Shown here: in pieces, positions 50,680 through 57,563 of the stretch | Layout of the letters: the number at the start of each line of letters is the position of its first letter | Numbering within the stretch: position 1 is the first letter of the stretch | Origin: Octopus sinensis | Lineage: Eukaryota | Length of the DNA stretch: 57,563 nt | Assembly (NCBI RefSeq): GCF_006345805.1 | Contig: NW_021833594.1 | Coordinates: 1 to 57,563, forward strand | Direction: 5' to 3' | Notes under the pieces: generated by a model | What the model saw: the letters and a program-made list of their open reading frames with translations, nothing else | The model's database searches: none | Told to the model about the DNA's origin: nothing | Program-made: the position numbers and the translations under genes

Positions 50680-51035
50680 ATAGGTGCATGTGTGGCTGTG
50701 TGGTAAGAAGCTTTCTTCTCAACCACATGGTCCTGAGTTCAATCCTGCTGTGTGACACCTTGGGCAAGTGTCTTCTACTATAGCCTTGTGAGTGGATTTG
50801 GTAGACAGAATCAAAGAAACCTGTTGTATATGTGTGTGTGTTTGTCCCTCACCACTACTTGACAACCAGTGTTGGTTCATTTACATTCCTGTTACTTAGC
50901 GGTTTGGGAAAAGAGACTGATAGAATAAATACCAGGTTTAACAAAAAACTAAGTAGTGGGGCCAATTCCTTCGACTAAAAAATTGTTCAAGGCAGTGCCC
51001 CAGCATGGCTATGGTCAAATGACAAGAACAAATAA
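50680..51035 (+). mobile_element. SINE family A, diverged
   Basis: Family motifs. Confidence 0.7.
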
Positions 51036-51253
51036 AAGATATGGGGCAACAAACCAAGTAACCCCTTAAAATTTCAAATATGATAATTTACTTATATCGA
51101 AGGTATCCCCATGCAAGAAGTCGTGATGGCTATGGTCAAATGACAGGAACAAATAAAAGATATGGGGCAAAAACCCAAGTAACCCCTTAAAATTTGAAAT
51201 ATGATAATTTGCATGACCCACTTATATCGAAGGTATCCCCATGCAAGAAGTCA
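51004..51253. repeat. Tandem duplication of ~122-128 bp
   Basis: ATGGCTATGGTCAAATGAC...GGTATCCCCATGCAAGAAGTC occurs twice. Confidence 0.85.
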
Positions 51254-51287
51254 TGATTGTTAGCCAATGCTTGTCGGTTCTACTTAC

Positions 51288-51397
51288 TTATTAAACAATA
51301 CCACATCTGGTGTCCATATAAGCTCAGGCCTGATACGGATACTGGAAATGTCACCATAATCTTTTGCATCCCATTCTAGCTGATAATCCGACCAGTA
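51288..51397 (-). CDS. nAChRbeta1-like: nAChR beta-type subunit, conserved 110-nt exon (loop A region)
   Basis: CTCTCTTTTTCAG acceptor, GTAAGT donor (51287-51282); YWSDYQLEWDAKDYGDISSIRIRPELIWTPDVVLFN+AA joins in frame to T at 46416 (N-ADG). Not in the ORF track; read by hand. Confidence 0.95.
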
Positions 51398-51899
51398 CTG
51401 AAAAAGAGAGAGGGGGAAGAGAAAAGAGATAATTAGTGCTCAATTAATTAGCAATTTGTCATTTCTCAACAGAGTTTTTGGCAACAACACCTATGACAGG
51501 CTACGTGATTTTAAGTTAGAAGGGAAAGATTTGGGGGATTTAATTAAATTTTAATTATAATTAGTTTCATAACGATGAAGGGAACGAAGTACTGATTAGA
51601 AAAGTGATCAATTCTGGTTGAAATTACTCACTGCACTACACTTGCAGTATTGCACATTCCCACCTCGACCACTGCACTTACACAGCAACCTGCACTCATA
51701 CTCAACTCACCACACTTGGCTAACTCCAAAAGCAAATTCTTCATTCTGTGTTCAAGATCCACCTAACCACACTCATACGGAAATCCATACACTCAATCTG
51801 AATTCAAACATAAAATCCATGCACTCAACTCAAGCCCTCCTTGCTGCACTCACACTTCACTCCACTCCACTCCACTACACTCCAGCACAAAAACACTCA

Positions 51900-52230
51900 C
51901 ACTAAACTTTCCTTATCACACTCACAGATCATCCCACCAATTCACTCAATGTGGTCATCCTTTGATCATCACCACCACCACCACCATCATCGTCATCACC
52001 ATCATCTTCATAATCATTTTCATCATCAAACTTATCGTTGTTGTTGTCATCACCTTCAGTGTCATCCTCATCATCTGCATCACTCAACATCATCATCTGT
52101 CATCTTCGTTGTTGTCATCATCATCATCACTTATTGCTGTCATGATCAGTATCATCATCATCACCATCATTACTATCATGACTGTCATCATCTTCATCGT
52201 CACCACCACCACCATCATCATCATCCACAT
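51900..52230. repeat. (CAT/CAC)n-rich low-complexity tract
   Basis: Directly visible. Confidence 0.85.
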
Positions 52231-52239
52231 GATGGTAAT

Positions 52240-52635
52240 ACGGGTGGCAAGCTGGCAGAATCGTTAGCACGCCGGGTGAAATGCGTAACCGTATTTCGTC
52301 TGCTGTTACGTTCTGAGTTCAAATTCCGCCGAGGTCAACTTTGCCTTTCATCCTTTCGGGGTCGATAAATTAAGTACCATTTATGCACTGGGATCGATGT
52401 AATCGACTTAATCCATTTATCTTTCCTTGTTTGTCCTCTCTGTGTTTAGGCCCTTTGTGAGAAATATGTATTTACGTTCTGAGTTCAAATTCCGCCGAGG
52501 TCGACTTTGCCTTTCATCCTTTTGGGGTCGATAAATTAAGTACCATTTATGCACTGGGGTCGATGTAATCGACTTAATCCGTTTCTCTGTCCTTGTTTGT
52601 CCCCTCTGTGTTTAGCCCCTTGTGGGTAATGAAGA
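52240..52635 (+). mobile_element. SINE family B dimer
   Basis: Head plus two body units, with a degenerate junction at ~52455-52470. Confidence 0.8.
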
Positions 52636-53239
52636 AACGGGTAATACGGATGGCAATGTTTAGTGGTGATGACAATGACGACGACGTTGATGACAATGAT
52701 GATGATGATCACCATGGTGACGATATGGCAATAATAATGATGATGGTGATGATGATGATGACATCTCCAAGATAAACTGCCAAAGACACTCAAGCTGTAC
52801 ATGTTTCAACAGCTGCTCGTGTTATTGCTGCTGCTGTTGTTGTTGTTGTTCAGGTAGTTTACTTGAGATAATGCTTTTTTTTTCTCCCCCCCCCTCCTCC
52901 CCCCTTTCTCTTATTTGTTTTGTTTTTTTGTTTATGTTGATTCCCCGCCCCGCCCCCCCTTCTGTTTTCTTATTTTGAAAAATTCCGTATGGGTTACCCT
53001 TTCTTTTTTTCGTTTGTCATTTATTTGTCGTTTATTGTTGCTGTTGTTGTTGTTGCAGTTGTTTGAGTCTGTCATCATTCGTCCCCCGTCCTACCCCCTC
53101 CCCCTCTTTCGTTGCTTCCCCCCCTCCGCCACCCCACCCCTTTACAGTTTGCCAGTCTCTCTAAAACAGCAGCTAACTAAAACAGCCCATTTCTGCTGTT
53201 ACCCTGAGGTGGGGGGGGGAGACAAAAGACAGTGCCACA

Positions 53240-53780
53240 CACAGTGTGGTGGTGGTGGTGGTGAGACAGTAGTGATGAAATGGTGACGGCTGGGGGGGTG
53301 TTGGTGGTGGTGGTGATGGTGATGGTAGTAAATGATAGCGCTACTGGGGAGGGAGGGAGGCAATAATGGTGGTGGTGGTAGTAGTAGTAGTGATGGTAGT
53401 AATGATGGTGTTGGGGATGGTGGTGGTTATGTTGATAGTGATGTAGTAGTAGTAGTAGTAATGGTAGTGGGGGGTTATAGTGGAAATTGTGGTGTTAGTG
53501 GTGGTGGTGGTGGCGTTGATGGTGTCGGTGGTGGTGGCGATGGTAGTATAGTAGTGATGGTAGTGGGGGGGTTATAGTGGAAATTGTGATGGTGTTAGTG
53601 GTGGTGGTGATGGCAGTATGATGGTGGTGGCGTTGGTGGTGGTGATGGTGGCAGAAGCAATAAAATGGTGGTATCAGAGGTGGAGGTTGTGTTGATAGTT
53701 GTGGTGGAAGTTGTGGTGGTGGTGATAGTGGCAGCTGTGATGGTGTAACATACACAGCTATTCGGTGGTGATCGCTACGG
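53240..53780. repeat. (GGT/GAT/AGT)n-rich low-complexity tract
   Basis: Directly visible. Confidence 0.85.
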
Positions 53781-54019
53781 TGTGGCGTGCTGAGGTGCAC
53801 CTAAATTTGTGTGTCTGTTCTAGGTTAGTAGGTAGTGAAATGAAGAAGTCTACCTGTACACAGGTAACACACACACACAGAGTATAATATAGAATTGCAG
53901 CTGGTAGCATTACTGCAATAGGACTGAGCAATTAATCATCTCACACTCTCAGACCAACACCAATGTTTGTATGTGTGGAGGTATCTGTATGTATGTATGT
54001 GTGTATACATGTATGTATA

Positions 54020-54410
54020 TTTCTTTACTACCCACAAGGGGCTAAACACAGAGGAGACAAACAAGGACAGACAAAGGGATTAAGTCGATTACATCGACCC
54101 CAGTGCGTAACTGGTAATTAATTTATCGACCCCGGAAGGATGAAAAGCAAAGTTGACCTCGGCGAAATTTGAACTCAGAACGTAGCGGTAGACGAAATAC
54201 CTATTTCTTTACTACCCACAAGGGGCTAAACACAGAGGAGACAAACGGATTAAGTCGATTATATCGACCCCAGTGCATAACTGGTACTTAATTTATCGAC
54301 CCCGGAAGGATGAAAGGCAAAGTCTTGAATTTGAACTCGGAACGTAACGGCAGACGAAATACAGCTACGCATTTCGCCCAGCGTGCTAACGTTTCTGCCA
54401 GCTCGCTGCT
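54020..54410 (-). mobile_element. SINE family B dimer
   Basis: Junction AAAGAAATA|GGTATTTCGTCT at 54201/54202. Confidence 0.85.
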
Positions 54411-54435
54411 TATACATGTATGTATGGCTGTGTGT

Positions 54436-54650
54436 GTGTATGTATGCAGGAGGACTTAAACAACATGCAAAGGTACATGAAGCCCACTTACAACTACAGC
54501 CGGCTACTACCGGTAAAGGTTTTAGTTGCCAATTCTGTACAAGACATTGTAGATCTTTAGCTGGGCTAAAAAGTCACATTCGATCACGGCACCAGTAACA
54601 GTTAAGCTTCGTGCAATGGCCATACTCGATAATGAGGGGGCAGCCATCAT
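54436..54650 (+). mobile_element. Probable LINE ORF2 C-terminal C2H2 zinc-finger fragment with short 3' UTR
   Basis: GLKQHAKVH...FSCQFCTRHCRSLAGLKSHIRSRHQ*, then GGCCATACTCGATAATGAGGGGGCAGCCATCAT; embedded in microsatellite. Confidence 0.5.
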
Positions 54651-54753
54651 GTGTATGTATGCAGGTATATATGAAGGAATAAATGCATCTATGTATGTAT
54701 TTATGTATATGTGTATCAGTGAATGTGTGTATATATAATATATATATATATCA

Positions 54754-54891
54754 AATAATATGTTACAATTACTCAATAGTCAAGATAAAACTCTGAGTTT
54801 CAGATGCCGAAGTGGAAATCCACAACACCATCTCTTCGGTTATCTGGCCATCTGTTTTATATTGACTATTGAGTAATCGTAACATATTATT
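54754..54891. repeat. Fold-back element (PLE-related ACTCTGAGTTTC motif)
   Basis: ATATGTTACAATTACTCAATAGTCAA / TTGACTATTGAGTAATCGTAACATAT arms. Confidence 0.75.
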
Positions 54892-55060
54892 TTATAGATA
54901 AATTTCCTCTATTTACTTAATATTGAGGTCTCTTTCTTTCTTTTGTTATCTTACTATTTTTACCAAAATATATATATATATATATATATATTTCGGAGTA
55001 AACACATAAATGTGAAACAAGGTGGAAAAAGGAGTACTCAAATACCAGTGGTAGAGTAAT

Positions 55061-55221
55061 ATGCTTTATTTAAAGCAGCAGAAAATTCAACAAAACCTGT
55101 ACTCTGAGTTTCCCGTTGCTGTTCATCAGACAGTTTTGCTAGAATGGAACCATTCTAGCAAAAACTGTCTGATGAACGGCAACAGATTTCGTTGAATTTT
55201 CTGCTGCTTAAATAAAGTATA
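55061..55221. mobile_element. Fold-back element with hammerhead-like cores
   Basis: - strand: AAAACTGT-CTGATGA(55129-55123)-ACAGCAACGG-GAAACTCAGAGT-ACAGGTTTT; + strand CTGATGA 55169-55175 with downstream deletion; central hairpin GCTAGAATGG-AA-CCATTCTAGC. Confidence 0.65.
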
Positions 55222-55224
55222 TCA

Positions 55225-55725
55225 TCATCATCATGATCATCATTTAGCGTCCGTTTTCCATGCTAGCATGGGTTGGACGGTTCAACTGGGGTCTGTGAAG
55301 CCAGAAGGCTTCATCAGGCCCAGTAAGATCTGGCAGTGTTTCTACAGCTGGATGCCCTTCCTAATGCCAACCACTCCGTGAGTGTAGTGGGTGCTTTTTA
55401 CGTGCCACCCGCACAGGTGCCAGACAGAGCTGGCGAACGGCCACGAACGGATGGTGCTTTTATGTGCCACCAGCACGGGGGCCAGGCGAGGCTGGCAACG
55501 GACACGAACGGATGGTGCTTTTACGTGTCACCGGCATGGGGGCCAGACAGAGCTGGCAAACGGACACGAACGGATGGTGCTTTTACATGCCACCGACACG
55601 GGGGTCAGACAGAGCTGGCAAACGGCCACGAACGGATGGTGCTTTTACGTGTCACCTGCACGGGGACCAGGCAAGGCTGGCAACGGACACGAATGGATGG
55701 TGCTTTTACGTGCCACCGACACGGA
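55225..55725 (-). mobile_element. RTE LINE 3' UTR fragment with ~6 tandem ~60-bp units
   Basis: (ATC)n tail at ~55225-55245; units GGATGGTGCTTTTACGTG(C/T)CACC recur about every 60 bp. Confidence 0.88.
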
Positions 55726-56054
55726 ATATATATATATATATATATATATTTGTATGTATGCATGCATGCATACACATCCAAATATACAGGGTGCAATGGG
55801 AAATTGTTGCCATTTTATATTTTTAATTTTGCACATGCATGTTATTTGTTTGTGATTCCGTTGACTACACAGTATAGTAGGGTCAGTTAGGCACCGTCTG
55901 TGAGGGAAACAGCACCATGACACAATTTACTCCACTACATGGAAATGACATGCTGTACTGCTTGGCATTCATGTTGGAAGTTCCAATATGAACACTTCAG
56001 AGTGTTTGGTTGTCGATCTGAAGAGAGTGCAATCTGAGAACATGTACCAATATA

Positions 56055-56480
56055 TATATTCTTTTATTTGTTTCAGTCATTTGACTGCGGCCATGCTGGT
56101 GCACTGCCTTTAGTCAAGCAAATCAACCCCAGGACTTATTCTTTGTAAGCCGAGTACTTATTCTATTGGTCCCTCTTGCCGAACCACTAAGTGACGAGGA
56201 TGTAAATACACCAGCATCGGTTGTCAAGCGATGTTGGGGGAACAAACACACACACACACACAAACGTATACATGCACACACACACACACACAACACATAT
56301 ATATATATATATATATACATGACGGGGTTCTTTCAGTTTCCGTCTACCAAATCCACTCACAAGGCATTGGTCGGCCCGATGCTATAGTAGAAGACACTTG
56401 CCCAAGGTGCCACTCAGTAGGACTGAACCCGGAACCATGTGGCTGGTAAGCAAGCTACTTACCACTCAGCCATTCCTGCG
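56055..56480 (-). mobile_element. SINE family A, full length
   Basis: Family motifs. Confidence 0.85.
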
Positions 56481-56512
<32 letters not shown>

Positions 56513-56513
<1 letters not shown>

Positions 56514-56804
56514 GTGGGTGAGTCAAATGTAATGCCATTTTGAAGAGATAATAATCCAGTGACGAGGAAGTGGAAACTGTAGTGAAGAAGTGGCTCAAAG
56601 AACATTCATCAGAATTTTACGGGGCAGGGATACATGCTCTCATTGGAAGGTAGAATATTGCTATTGAAAAAAACGGTGACTATGTTGAGAAGTCGGGATG
56701 TGATCCACAGAGGACCAGCTTCAATTTGATGTATGATACATGTTCCTGTGTTGGTAATTATACCTGTCCTAAACAAAATGGCATTGCCTTTTGACTCACC
56801 CTCA
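56513..56804 (+). mobile_element. mariner-derived MITE retaining the last ~45 codons of transposase
   Basis: ~30-bp TIRs (CGTGGGTGAGTCAAATGTAATGCCATTTTG / CAAAATGGCATTGCCTTTTGACTCACCCTCA), TA flanks; SDEEVETVVKKWLKEHSSEFYGAGIHALIGR..IAIEKNGDYVEK. Confidence 0.85.
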
Positions 56805-56809
56805 TATTT

Positions 56810-57000
56810 ATGTGCTAGTGCCATGTAAAAAGCACTGAATGCACTCTGCAGAGTGGTTGGTGTTAGGAAGGGCATCCAGCCCTAAAATCCCTGCGAAAAC
56901 AGACACAGTAGCCTAGGGTAGTTTTTCTACTTGGCCGGCTCCTGTCAACTGTCCTACCCATGCAGGCATGGAAGACGAATGTTAAACGATGATGATATAT
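56810..57000 (+). mobile_element. RTE-related 3' end fragment
   Basis: GAGTGGTTGGTGTTAGGAAGGGCATCCAGC...GTTAAACGATGATGAT. Confidence 0.7.
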
Positions 57001-57064
57001 ACATACATATAGGTATAAATACATACATATATATATAAATATATATACATATATATACATATAT

Positions 57065-57300
57065 AAAGGCGGCGAGCTGGCAGAAACGTTGGCACGCCGG
57101 GCGAAATGTGTAGCCGTATTTCGTCTGCTGTTACGTTCTGCGTTCAAATTCCGCCGAGTTCGACTTTGCCTTTCATCCTTTCGGGGTCGATAAATTAAGT
57201 ACCAGTTGCGCACTGGGGTCGATGTAATCGACTTTATCCCTTTGTCTGTCCTTGTTTGTCCTCTCTGTGTTTAGCCCCTTTGTGGGTAGTAAAGAAATAT
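57065..57300 (+). mobile_element. SINE family B monomer
   Basis: Complete head to GTAGTAAAGAAATA end. Confidence 0.85.
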
Positions 57301-57319
57301 ACATATATATATATATAGG

Positions 57320-57475
57320 GCGTTAGGAAGGGCATGGCATTAGGAAGGGCATCCAGCTGTAGAAACACCGCCAGATCTGACTGGCCTGGTGCAGCCTTCG
57401 GGCTTCCCAGACCCCAGTTGAACCGTCCAACCCATGCTAGCATGGAAAGCGGACATTAAACGATGATGATGATGT
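57320..57475 (+). mobile_element. RTE LINE 3' end fragment
   Basis: Matches 33185-33322. Confidence 0.85.
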
Positions 57476-57563
57476 TATATATATATATATATATACATAT
57501 TTTATATGCAGAGGTACAGGCCTGGTTGTGTGGTAAGAACCTTACTTCCCAACCGACATGGTT

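Noticed and set aside
40595-51397. Octopus chemotactile receptor or alpha subunit
   Set aside because: Close match to canonical beta1-type sequence with loop B Trp and a multi-exon structure; no vicinal Cys pair in loop C.
51841-53800. His-rich and Gly/Val-rich ORFs as proteins
   Set aside because: Products of trinucleotide low-complexity tracts and a SINE; no splice or domain support.
55385-55725. CRISPR-like repeat-spacer array
   Set aside because: Eukaryotic context, inter-repeat segments are themselves repeated, and it belongs to a LINE 3' UTR.
51398-57563. Upstream receptor exons (signal peptide, 45-nt exon)
   Set aside because: No NEKNQ/MxxNVWL-like coding segment with splice sites found by eye; presumed outside the window.

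Overview
Eukaryotic, AT-rich, microsatellite- and transposon-saturated genomic DNA; the repeat families look like those of an octopod cephalopod (Octopus), which is inferred from recall, not a database search. The only host gene I can support is the 3' part of a non-alpha (beta-type) nicotinic acetylcholine receptor subunit on the minus strand. Three exons are in the window (51397-51288, 46416-45420, 40780-40595; 430 aa + stop); the signal peptide and first exons appear to lie beyond the right edge. The rest is repeats: three tRNA-derived SINE families, RTE and R4/Dong LINE fragments, a Penelope-like (PLE) ORF relic, several mariner derivatives, Tigger-, piggyBac- and Helitron-type non-autonomous elements, and a truncated Gypsy LTR element with a tRNA-Pro PBS. 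The most notable non-coding signal is a ~260-bp repeat carrying a type I hammerhead ribozyme fold with covarying stems. Two copies lie in direct repeat in the last receptor intron (predicted cut sites 646 nt apart) and a third diverged copy is at ~180-440. Several fold-back elements also carry hammerhead-like cores in their arms. A SINE forms head-to-tail concatemers with the same junction at independent loci. All ribozyme and RNA-structure calls were folded by eye and are untested.
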